From IMG/VR virus record IMGVR_UViG_3300041955_000247, positions 12,452 through 76,451 of that record: a stretch of DNA of 64,000 bases; one strand, 5' to 3'. A program made the position numbers and the translations under genes. Shown here piece after piece: positions 30,311-37,848 of the stretch (the first letter of the stretch is position 1; every line of letters starts with the position of its first letter). This DNA comes from a virus. The notes beneath the pieces are model-generated. The model was not told where the DNA came from. It worked only from the letters and a program-made list of their open reading frames with translations, and made no database searches.

Positions 30311-30517
30311 CTATTTTGCTAATGCCGTTCGCGGCGAAAGTTTCTGTTTGACGGCACTCCAACGCACACGCCGCCGCGACAGTTCATTCTCTATCATTTT
30401 TAGGTTGCCGTAGATAATATCAGTCGGCATTCCACAGTCGCGGCGGCGCTTGAAATAGATGTTGATACGCTCCTGCAAATGGAGCAATCGCTCCGTATCT
30501 ATTTCAGCCACGCGCAC
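30311..30517 (-). CDS. Cassette gene, hypothetical
   Basis: Bounded by motifs; ends LAK*. Confidence 0.5.
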   Translation of the reverse strand: MRVAEIDTERLLHLQERINIYFKRRRDCGMPTDIIYGNLKMIENELSRRRVRWSAVKQKLSPRTALAK

Positions 30518-30528
30518 GCGAAAAACTC

Positions 30529-30783
30529 CTATACCTTCAGGCTGATTGCATCCGAAAAGAAAGTCTCGGCTTTTGTTCGCAACCCAGTATGGTGATCCAT
30601 CATCTTAGCGCCGCTGATTTTGTATTCGGCAAATGCGGTTTTTACCTCCTGCTCAGAGAGGCCGAGTGCGCACTGAATATCGAACACAACGCACCGCAAG
30701 TGACCGAGGCGCCGCAGTGCGCGTAGGTATTCGTTGATAGCCGTAGCTATCTCTCTAGATGATGGCCGAGGAACGCTGGACAC
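30529..30783 (-). CDS. Cassette gene, hypothetical
   Basis: Bounded by motifs. Confidence 0.55.
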   Translation of the reverse strand: MSSVPRPSSREIATAINEYLRALRRLGHLRCVVFDIQCALGLSEQEVKTAFAEYKISGAKMMDHHTGLRTKAETFFSDAISLKV

Positions 30784-30864
30784 GTTTGGCTCCTATTTTG
30801 CTAATGCCGTTCGCGGTCATGCACCCAACGGCCCTTGCGATCATTTGTTCACGCAAGCAGTCTC

Positions 30865-31122
30865 CTATTTTGACTTTGGCGGTTTAGGCAAAGGCATCCA
30901 ATGTGTCATGCCCACCCAATTAGGTTCTTCATCGCCATCACATAAATGCCACTCGCAGAGACAGCTACACCAGAACATGACAACATAATCAGAACGGGGC
31001 TTATCGCCCTTGGCTGGCTTCCCGTATCCCAAACGGGGCTTATCGCCCTTGGCTGGCTTCCCGTATCCCAAAATGCTGCGTCCGTCTTTCGGCGCAGTTT
31101 TGATGGATTGCCACGCGCTCAT
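30865..31122 (-). CDS. Cassette gene, DUF551-like protein with internal duplication
   Basis: WQSIKTAPKDG...THWMPLP.PP. Confidence 0.75.
   Translation of the reverse strand: MSAWQSIKTAPKDGRSILGYGKPAKGDKPRLGYGKPAKGDKPRSDYVVMFWCSCLCEWHLCDGDEEPNWVGMTHWMPLPKPPKSK
30993..31070. repeat. Perfect 39-bp tandem duplication (2 copies)
   Basis: AACGGGGCTTATCGCCCTTGGCTGGCTTCCCGTATCCCA x2, encoding LGYGKPAKGDKPR. Confidence 0.95.
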
Positions 31123-31130
31123 GGCCGCTC

Positions 31131-31379
31131 CTATTCCTCGTCGGGCTTATTGACGACATTGTAACCAGCCGCGTTCGATTTGCCATCTTCGTGCATGAAC
31201 CAATACGCAGACATCAAGCCGCCTGTGGTGGACTCGTCAATGCCGAGGCGATGAATTTGACGAGTAGGAAAAGAGCCATCAGCGCGTGGTCCCCATTGCT
31301 TCCAGCCAGCGAAATTTGTCTCAACAAGAACACACGATTCACCGTTCTCAAACTGAATTGGCTTGTTCCAATCAATCAC
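31131..31379 (-). CDS. Cassette gene, hypothetical
   Basis: MIDWNKPIQ; bounded by motifs. Confidence 0.6.
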   Translation of the reverse strand: MIDWNKPIQFENGESCVLVETNFAGWKQWGPRADGSFPTRQIHRLGIDESTTGGLMSAYWFMHEDGKSNAAGYNVVNKPDEE

Positions 31380-31390
31380 GCTACCCGCTC

Positions 31391-31564
31391 CTATTTTGAC
31401 TTTGGTTTACCGTTGACAGCTTCTATTGCAAATCGCCGAAGGGCATCTGCTGGACAAGCCGTGGCTCGATGTATTCGCCTTAGCTCACGTTCGTAGTAGC
31501 GCGCAACGCGGCGAAATGCTTTCCAGTCCTTCGGTCCAAGTTCGACCCTCGATAATCGGGACAT
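31391..31564 (-). CDS. Cassette gene, 57 aa hypothetical (not in ORF track)
   Basis: MSRLSRVELG...KPKSK*; bounded by motifs. Confidence 0.5.
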   Translation of the reverse strand: MSRLSRVELGPKDWKAFRRVARYYERELRRIHRATACPADALRRFAIEAVNGKPKSK

Positions 31565-31573
31565 GCCGCACTC

Positions 31574-31762
31574 CTATTTTGCTAGTTCGATTTCAGCGAC
31601 GAGGCCAAGAAGGTCCCGCTCCATCGCGTCCAACTCTTTAAGCCGAGAGGCGATTTGTTTGCGCTCCGCGTCGATTTTGCCTAGGCGGCCATCCACGCAA
31701 TCGCATGACGCATAATGATGGTTCATCTTACCGCAGCTTTGGCACTTCCGGGGCAAACGCAC
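31574..31762 (-). CDS. Cassette gene, small Cys-rich protein
   Basis: CQSC...CDC; ends LAK*. Confidence 0.55.
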   Translation of the reverse strand: MRLPRKCQSCGKMNHHYASCDCVDGRLGKIDAERKQIASRLKELDAMERDLLGLVAEIELAK

Positions 31763-31770
31763 GGCCGCTC

Positions 31771-31983
31771 CTATTCCTTCATCGCCTGTTTGGCGTGTTG
31801 CTTACAGAACCTTTGATCCGGCCCATAGCCACGTCTGCGGCGGCACTGATGGAACAAATAAGACACTCCATCGGCAACCTCTGCAATGCAATCGCCCCAT
31901 CGCTCGGCGTGGCCGTTCGGGTTACCAGCCCATGCGCCATACCGGCGCTTGCCGTCTTTTCCGGGGTTGGGGACGAGAACCAC
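31771..31983 (-). CDS. Cassette gene, small Cys/His protein
   Basis: C..QC.R..G.GP...FCKQH. Confidence 0.6.
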   Translation of the reverse strand: MVLVPNPGKDGKRRYGAWAGNPNGHAERWGDCIAEVADGVSYLFHQCRRRRGYGPDQRFCKQHAKQAMKE

Positions 31984-31992
31984 ACGAGTCTC

Positions 31993-32610
31993 CTATATCT
32001 CTTTCCGCTTCCTGTCCGCCGCGCGCTTGCGCACGAATCGGCCTTTCCCGACCTGCTTCCAGTGGCCGTACACACTGGCGGTCGAAACCCCCAGCTTCTC
32101 GGCCACCTTGGGGCCGGTCATGCCGCCGTTTAGAAGCTCGCCCACGCGCTTAATTCTGTCGGGTGTCATGTACACTTTCGGCCCCCAACTCTTGTCCTTG
32201 CGGCGCGCTCGTAGCGCGGCAATGCCCGCAGAGGTTCGCTGCGCGATGATCTGGCGCTCGAACTCGGCAACAAGGCCTAAAACACCAAGCACAAGTTTCC
32301 CCGATACAGTCCCGAAGTCGAAGTTTTCTTGGAGCGAGCGAAAATACGCGCCTTTGGCGTAAATTGCGTCGAGGCGAGCGTAAAGCTGCCGCATAGACCG
32401 CGCCAGCCGGTCAAGCCGCCACACAACGAAAGTATCGCCTTCGCGTAAATCCTTGATGGCGTAATCCAGCGCCGGGCGCTTAGCGGATGCCCCGGATACC
32501 TTTTCAACGTGCAGATTGTCCGGCTTGACCCCCGCCGCCTTGAGGGCGTCGGTTTGCAGGTCAAGCGATTGATCTTCGGTCGAGACGCGGGCATAGCCGA
32601 CAAGTGCCAT
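31993..32610 (-). CDS. Serine recombinase (resolvase/invertase family, C-terminal HTH)
   Basis: GYARVST.DQ catalytic Ser, VVWRLDRLARS, AEFER..I..RT..G, C-terminal HTH VAEKLGVSTASVY. Confidence 0.95.
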   Translation of the reverse strand: MALVGYARVSTEDQSLDLQTDALKAAGVKPDNLHVEKVSGASAKRPALDYAIKDLREGDTFVVWRLDRLARSMRQLYARLDAIYAKGAYFRSLQENFDFGTVSGKLVLGVLGLVAEFERQIIAQRTSAGIAALRARRKDKSWGPKVYMTPDRIKRVGELLNGGMTGPKVAEKLGVSTASVYGHWKQVGKGRFVRKRAADRKRKEI

Positions 32611-32636
32611 TTCCTGTACCTAAGCAGATTGGCAGC

Positions 32637-32666
32637 ATACTATATGGGACTTGACAACCTGTCAAG
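32637..32666 (-). promoter_or_regulatory. Sigma70-type promoter for recombinase within palindrome CTTGACA-ACC-TGTCAAG (back-to-back -35 boxes)
   Basis: Minus strand TTGACA-17 nt-TAGTAT; plus-strand TTGACA at 32651 faces right arm. Confidence 0.6.
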
Positions 32667-32706
32667 ACCGTGATTTGATTAAAAGACAGAATGGAGATTC
32701 AGGCCG

Positions 32707-33003
32707 ATGCCATGCTATCAGCCCAATGGAACGCCACTGACTGACCGAGAGCGTGAAGTGTTGGTCATTCTGATGGAAGAATGCGCCGAGGTCATTCAGG
32801 CAGCGAGCAAGCTGATCCGGTTTGGCAAAGAGACCCGTCCCGATGATTTGCATTTGCCGAATAGCGAAGTTCTCGGCATCGAGATTGGCGATCTAAAATG
32901 TATGATTGACAATGTGTTGTTCGAGGGGATCATCAGCCAAGAACACTTGACGCTCGGCGCGAAACGCAAGCAAGCTCGGCTTGCTCAGTATATGCAGACG
33001 TAA
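32707..33003 (+). CDS. Cassette gene, MazG-like nucleotide pyrophosphohydrolase
   Basis: EECAEVIQAASK..RFG...EIGDL. Confidence 0.7.
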   Translation: MPCYQPNGTPLTDREREVLVILMEECAEVIQAASKLIRFGKETRPDDLHLPNSEVLGIEIGDLKCMIDNVLFEGIISQEHLTLGAKRKQARLAQYMQT

Positions 33004-33020
33004 ATTGAAGGAATAGGCCG

Positions 33021-33344
33021 ATGGTTCAGACGCGCGATTTTCCCACTGCCGTTATCGCATCAATTTCGACCGGCATATTGCTCTGTGACTTTGGCAAGAT
33101 GCAGGAAGCGGCCGAGTATCTCATGGGGCACCCGATCTGGACGCATCATTTCGCTGACAAAACTCTTACTTTGGAAATGAAACGAACGATTGCCGAGCAA
33201 TGTCCTGGTATGCCGATGGAGATTGATGGTGTGACGAAGGACAACTATCTGGAAAAACTAGCCGTCATCGAAGCTGAAATCGGCAAGACCGTTCGCATCC
33301 GTAAGGGCCGCGGCCTCACCGCGATGTTGCCGGCCGGTGGTTGA
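33021..33344 (+). CDS. Cassette gene, hypothetical
   Basis: ATG directly after AATAGGCCG. Confidence 0.65.
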   Translation: MVQTRDFPTAVIASISTGILLCDFGKMQEAAEYLMGHPIWTHHFADKTLTLEMKRTIAEQCPGMPMEIDGVTKDNYLEKLAVIEAEIGKTVRIRKGRGLTAMLPAGG

Positions 33345-33474
33345 GAACTGCGCCGTCGATGATTGTCGCAAGCGCGAATATATCGCGGAGATCGAGTTGC
33401 TTCGCGCGGAGATCGAGGCGCTTAAACTTGAAATCAAGATGTACGAACAGAGGTTTGCCGAGTTGGCAAAATAG
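33337..33474 (+). CDS. Cassette gene, 45 aa coiled coil (not in ORF track)
   Basis: GTG start; ends RFAELAK* inside repeat. Confidence 0.4.
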   Translation: MVENCAVDDCRKREYIAEIELLRAEIEALKLEIKMYEQRFAELAK

Positions 33475-33478
33475 GCCG

Positions 33479-33778
33479 ATGACAGCGGATTTGGGTAAAG
33501 AGGCGTTTTATGCGTCCTTGGCGATTATTGGCTTCGTTCTGGGAATGCTCGGCATTCATTGTCATCGATGGAACTCCTTACTACGAGTAGCCGCAATCTT
33601 TTTTGGCTTATTCCTCTGTGCCTTTGGCCTCGGTTCTACTTTGATCGTGCGTTCTGAGCGCGTCTCCGCCGCCCCCGGGATCATAATCGCCCTTTCGCCT
33701 TTGGCCCTGACCGATCCAAGGCTTTTGAAACCCATAGAAAACGGGAGGCTTACGAGGTTTGCCGAGTTGGCAAAATAG
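33479..33778 (+). CDS. Cassette gene, membrane protein
   Basis: ATG after AATAGGCCG, two TM helices, ends RFAELAK*. Confidence 0.55.
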   Translation: MTADLGKEAFYASLAIIGFVLGMLGIHCHRWNSLLRVAAIFFGLFLCAFGLGSTLIVRSERVSAAPGIIIALSPLALTDPRLLKPIENGRLTRFAELAK

Positions 33779-34093
33779 CCCGCTAATACGGAATTAACAT
33801 GGATCAACGCACACGAACACTGTTGCTCGCGATTTACGGCACCAAGGCTGCGGCTGGAGTAATTGTGTTAGCCGTGCTGCTTATCTATCACTTCTGGGGC
33901 TGATGGTGATGCGCGGAACGATAATCGTTGCCTCCGTTGTATTTGGGGGGGTCCTCGGTGGGCAACAGCAACCATTTGCGGCTGGGCTGTTCTTTGGTCC
34001 GGTCTGTTTGCCTGCTACGATTTGGCGCGTTAATGACAGATTAACAGGAACAAGGAATAGGCCGCTAATGCGTCGTTAGTCGGGATTTGCACG

Positions 34094-34381
34094 ATGATCG
34101 AAATGGTTCCTAGGCCCCACATCGTTCGCCGCACTTGTGGCGGTTACTTGGCCGTTGCATCAAAGCGAGCCCGGTTCCGAATTGGCGTCACGGCGGAAAC
34201 AGAGGCGGCGGCCGAACATAAGTTCTGGTTCACCTACGTCCGATGGTGCGAACTGGTCCCACTGGAAGCTGTCGGCGAGTGCACCCAATTAACAGCGCCT
34301 CATCTTCGTGGTGAGCGTGAGCCTATCGAGAGGTTGGCTTGGGGGTGCACTCACCAGCAGCGTCAAACAAAATCGGTCTAA
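34094..34381 (+). CDS. Cassette gene, hypothetical
   Basis: ORF between last two right-arm motifs. Confidence 0.45.
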   Translation: MIEMVPRPHIVRRTCGGYLAVASKRARFRIGVTAETEAAAEHKFWFTYVRWCELVPLEAVGECTQLTAPHLRGEREPIERLAWGCTHQQRQTKSV

Positions 34382-34413
34382 CACGGGGTTAGCAGAAACA
34401 AGGAATAGGCCGG

Positions 34414-35358
34414 TTATAATTGCAAGACTTGCTTTGCAGTAAGCAGGCCGGGGTCTTTCACCCCTGACGGCAACATAGCAATTTGCACATTGGCCCCCGG
34501 CAGGCTGTCGCAAAGGCTCAGCGCACTACCTAAAGCTTCGCTGTCAAACAGCACCCGCACCTTGTCATACTTTGGAATGAGCGCTTGCAGGGCAGCAAGT
34601 TGCCCCGCCGTGGGGTTAACCCCAAAAGTGCAGGTGGCCCGATGCCCATGTGGTGCCCCGTAGTAATCCACCTTGATGGCGTCAAACGGCCCCTCTGTCA
34701 CAAACAGCGTCTCACCGCCGTGACTGAGATCATGCTCATTGAACACCACGGTTTTGATAGCCGCCGACGAACTGAGATAGCGCGGTGCGTGAGTGGTAGG
34801 TTGAATGGCGCGGGCTGTCCAACCCGCCAGTTCGCCGTTGCTTTGCTGAATGGGTATGATGATCCGGTCCTTCCACCTGCCATGCTGGCAGCACAACAAG
34901 TCGTATTGCTCAATCAGGGTGCTAACATCATCAAAGCCCCTGCCCTCAAGGTACCGCCAAAAACGCCCTGTAAGCCCCGTGGGCTTGATTTGCCTAAATT
35001 CAGGGGGTAGCTGGCTGGGCAATTCATCACGCTGTACGGGCTGCGCTGAGCCACCCAGGGCCATTATGGCCTGCTCAAGGGTTTCAGGGTCGGCGGCGCT
35101 GTGCTGCCCCACAATCAACCGGGCTTGGCTGAATGAACAGCTCAGCAGGGCCGCCACAAGGCTGTAGGGCTTGCGCCCAGCGTGCTTGGCGTTGCGCCAG
35201 CAGCCAAAGGCGTCCTTGGTCAGTGAGATGGAAAGATGTTCGCTTGGATCATCAGGACCGCACCAGGGGCACTTTAGGGCAAGCTGGCCCTTTCGGACGT
35301 TAGGCCCACTGGTGACATAATCAATATGATTGGCTTCTAGGAACGCTACCCAGTCCAT
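34414..35358 (-). CDS. DNA primase (zinc finger plus TOPRIM)
   Basis: CPWC...H...CWR, RIIIP, EGPFD, D...PSGVKDPG. Confidence 0.85.
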   Translation of the reverse strand: MDWVAFLEANHIDYVTSGPNVRKGQLALKCPWCGPDDPSEHLSISLTKDAFGCWRNAKHAGRKPYSLVAALLSCSFSQARLIVGQHSAADPETLEQAIMALGGSAQPVQRDELPSQLPPEFRQIKPTGLTGRFWRYLEGRGFDDVSTLIEQYDLLCCQHGRWKDRIIIPIQQSNGELAGWTARAIQPTTHAPRYLSSSAAIKTVVFNEHDLSHGGETLFVTEGPFDAIKVDYYGAPHGHRATCTFGVNPTAGQLAALQALIPKYDKVRVLFDSEALGSALSLCDSLPGANVQIAMLPSGVKDPGLLTAKQVLQL

Positions 35359-35741
35359 CAGTATGGTATCTCGTTGACAGGTGCTACATCAAATTCAACA
35401 AAGCTGGTGCGTTGATTGGCCCGCTGTTCTTTCTTGGTAGCCCATTGGCAATTGTCCTTAAAGTAACCGAGATTGCCGTCTTTGCGGTCCAAAGTCATTT
35501 CCCTGCAAGGTCGCTCACCCATGTCCTCGAGGAAGTTCCTGAAGGCATCAGGCGAACCGCGCCGCCAGCGTTCGCAGACCTCAATGCCACGGCCACCATA
35601 CAAATGGTACCACTTGTGGGTGCTTTGATAGCAACGCGAATTCATGGATTCCCACGACAAGTAAGTGGGTGATTTCTTGACCTTCCATTTGCCTTTGATG
35701 TTGCGGGTGCGTGACGTGTGGCCGTGGCGCTTCCCTGTCAT
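35358..35741 (-). CDS. HNH-type endonuclease
   Basis: YGGRGIEVCERW, F..DMGERP, TLDR.D...Y..DNCQWAT..EQ..N. Confidence 0.85.
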   Translation of the reverse strand: MTGKRHGHTSRTRNIKGKWKVKKSPTYLSWESMNSRCYQSTHKWYHLYGGRGIEVCERWRRGSPDAFRNFLEDMGERPCREMTLDRKDGNLGYFKDNCQWATKKEQRANQRTSFVEFDVAPVNEIPY

Positions 35742-36286
35742 TTATAGGCCCTCATGGCATGATGGTTACAATACGTGTGGTCGGTCCATGCACCACAAAA
35801 GAAAAAGTCTTTGTCACCCACGTCTCCAACGGCCCATCGGCATGTGTGGCCGTTGAGTTGCAGCAGTGTAAGCCGCTGTTCCTGAGGAATGGCTTTATCG
35901 TATTCTGAGGGTTTGATATGAATGGGTTCGGTGGGGGTGCTGTCGGGTATGTCAACGGCAAGGGCGATACGGAGGCGTCGCTTCTTGGTGAAATGGGTGT
36001 AGGCTTGAATAACCTTTTGCGGATTGGGCTGAACTGGTCTGACTGTTGCACCTTTGGCCCGATGCCGGGGGCGGCCTCCTGGGCTGGCCTTGTTCTTGAA
36101 AATATGTAAACGGTGCATTTTGCCTATGACGGCATTACGGGTGGCAAACCCTAGTTTGTCGGCTATTGCACTGGCTGATAATCCAGCCGCTGCATATTCT
36201 CTAAGCTCAGCCTCTTTCTTTTTGTCCCATCCTGGGTTCTGGTTCTGTTTGTACTTTTGTTCGGACGGTGTATCCAAATATGTCAC
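35738..36286 (-). CDS. gcrA: GcrA-family cell-cycle regulator
   Basis: W......L......GLSAS.IA..LG..TRNAVIGK.HRL; LL.L...TCRW..GD....DF.FCG...YC..H...AY. Confidence 0.88.
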   Translation of the reverse strand: MTYLDTPSEQKYKQNQNPGWDKKKEAELREYAAAGLSASAIADKLGFATRNAVIGKMHRLHIFKNKASPGGRPRHRAKGATVRPVQPNPQKVIQAYTHFTKKRRLRIALAVDIPDSTPTEPIHIKPSEYDKAIPQEQRLTLLQLNGHTCRWAVGDVGDKDFFFCGAWTDHTYCNHHAMRAYK

Positions 36287-36297
36287 GTAACCCCTCC

Positions 36298-37848
36298 TCA
36301 GAGTTTGGTACGCCCAGCGATGATTGATTGTAGCAAGTTCTCACCAGCGAGGTTGCTGGCATGTAAAGCGAAATCTTTGGTTTGCCGGACCAGCAAATCA
36401 TAGATCAGTACCCGCTTTGACTGACCGGGACGCCATACCCGGCGCTCCGCTTGCTGGCGGTCAATGGGGTTGTCGGGCTGTTCGAAAAACACAAGATAGT
36501 TTGCGAACTGAAGATTGAGGCTTGATGAACCCGACCTGACATTGATCACCAGCACGCGCACGTTAGGGTCTGATTTGAATTTCTGCAACTGGCCAATGGG
36601 ATCACGTGATTTGCCCCATACCCGTGCGTGCTTGATTTTAAGCTCTGTGAGCCGGTCACTGATAAGCTGGTTGGTGTACACAAAATGGTGAAAGATAACC
36701 ATCTTGGAAGTGGAAGGCATGGACTCAATCAGGTCAACCAATGCTTCCAGCTTTGGGTTGTCTTCAAACTTGACCTGTAGCTTTTCGTTGTCCTCCCCAC
36801 GCAGCGTCATGAAGCCGGATGAGAGCTGCCTGAGTCTTAGGTAGCTGTTTTCGGCCTCTTTCAGCTTGCCACCCTTGATGGCCTCATAGAACTGCTTCAA
36901 GGCTGCCTTGCAGTATCCCTCGCTGTCCTTTGGTGCGGGCAGTGACTTCTTGACGTAAATCTTGGGTGGCATATCGTGCAGCTCGTCAATGCCATAATAG
37001 ATGGACCTGTTCTTCACCATGCGGTGCAGGTCAGGTTCGAGCTTTTTCTTGAATGTGAACTCGTAGCCGCCCCAGTAATTCGTGCCCTCTGAGTAGAACA
37101 CGGCCCTGAAGAACTCAACGGTGGTGCCCAGCGTTTCACCAAAATCAATCAGGTTGAACTGCGGTTGCAGCCCAATGGGGTCCTTGCCAAAGGGTGTCCC
37201 GGTGAGGCCAAAGGCCCATTCACACTGGGAACTGATGGCTTTGCACATGCGGTAGGTGAGTGACGAAGCAGATGAGCATTTGTGTATTTCGTCACACACC
37301 AGCATATCAAAACCGGCGAAGTATTCCTTCACCTGCTTGGCTGTGAGTTGCCATTTGTTCTTACCCTTGCGCTTGTCAAAGACGGTTTCAGTTACCATGG
37401 CGACCGCACTTTGGTAGCAGATCACGAACAGGTCACCAGGGGTTTGTAAGGCCGCTAGGTTCTCAGTAGATGAACCGAGGAGTGGCACTATGCGTAGATG
37501 AGGGGCCTTATCGGCAACTTCATCAATCCATGTCAGTACGCTGGTGATGTAGGGGACAAACACAATTGCCTTTGGGTTGTCCCCGCGCTGCTTCCTGTAG
37601 CTCAGCAGCATCAAAGATAAAGCCGTCTTGCCCCCACCCATGTCAATGTTAAACATGAAGCGTTTTATCTCAAGCATCAGTAGAAAACAAGCCGTTTGGT
37701 GTTCCCAAGGAATCAGCTTGCCAAACTCTGGCTTGGGTGTGAGACTGGCCAGTTCCTGATCTAGCTGTGGCTTGCGGTAGGCTTTCACAAAATCATAGTT
37801 TTGGAGCTTGCGCTCAAGGAACCGCTTGATGGCACGCTTGTTGATCAC
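36298..37848 (-). CDS. SNF2-family helicase
   Basis: DMGGGKT, DEIH, LTGTP, LNLQ, QAERRVWRPGQ. Confidence 0.88.
   Translation of the reverse strand: MINKRAIKRFLERKLQNYDFVKAYRKPQLDQELASLTPKPEFGKLIPWEHQTACFLLMLEIKRFMFNIDMGGGKTALSLMLLSYRKQRGDNPKAIVFVPYITSVLTWIDEVADKAPHLRIVPLLGSSTENLAALQTPGDLFVICYQSAVAMVTETVFDKRKGKNKWQLTAKQVKEYFAGFDMLVCDEIHKCSSASSLTYRMCKAISSQCEWAFGLTGTPFGKDPIGLQPQFNLIDFGETLGTTVEFFRAVFYSEGTNYWGGYEFTFKKKLEPDLHRMVKNRSIYYGIDELHDMPPKIYVKKSLPAPKDSEGYCKAALKQFYEAIKGGKLKEAENSYLRLRQLSSGFMTLRGEDNEKLQVKFEDNPKLEALVDLIESMPSTSKMVIFHHFVYTNQLISDRLTELKIKHARVWGKSRDPIGQLQKFKSDPNVRVLVINVRSGSSSLNLQFANYLVFFEQPDNPIDRQQAERRVWRPGQSKRVLIYDLLVRQTKDFALHASNLAGENLLQSIIAGRTKL

Larger units (their letters stand above)
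28422..34409. mobile_element. Serine-recombinase island with two divergent arms of motif-delimited gene cassettes
   Basis: About 17 CCTAT-core sites left and 6 ATAGG-core sites right of the recombinase; CC at 28422-28423 and 34410-34411; visibly richer in TCG/CGA than flanks; interrupts replication operon. Confidence 0.8.

Noticed and set aside
31993-32610. IS607 TnpA, Tn3 resolvase or phage integrase
   Set aside because: HTH is C-terminal, there is no TnpB or Tn3 transposase nearby, and it is too short for a large serine integrase.
28422-34409. CRISPR array or classical integron
   Set aside because: Repeats are degenerate, spaced by whole genes, lack attC GTTRRRY hairpin structure, and there is no cas gene or tyrosine integrase.
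35358-35741. Intron-encoded endonuclease
   Set aside because: Free-standing between intact gcrA and primase genes with coupled junctions.
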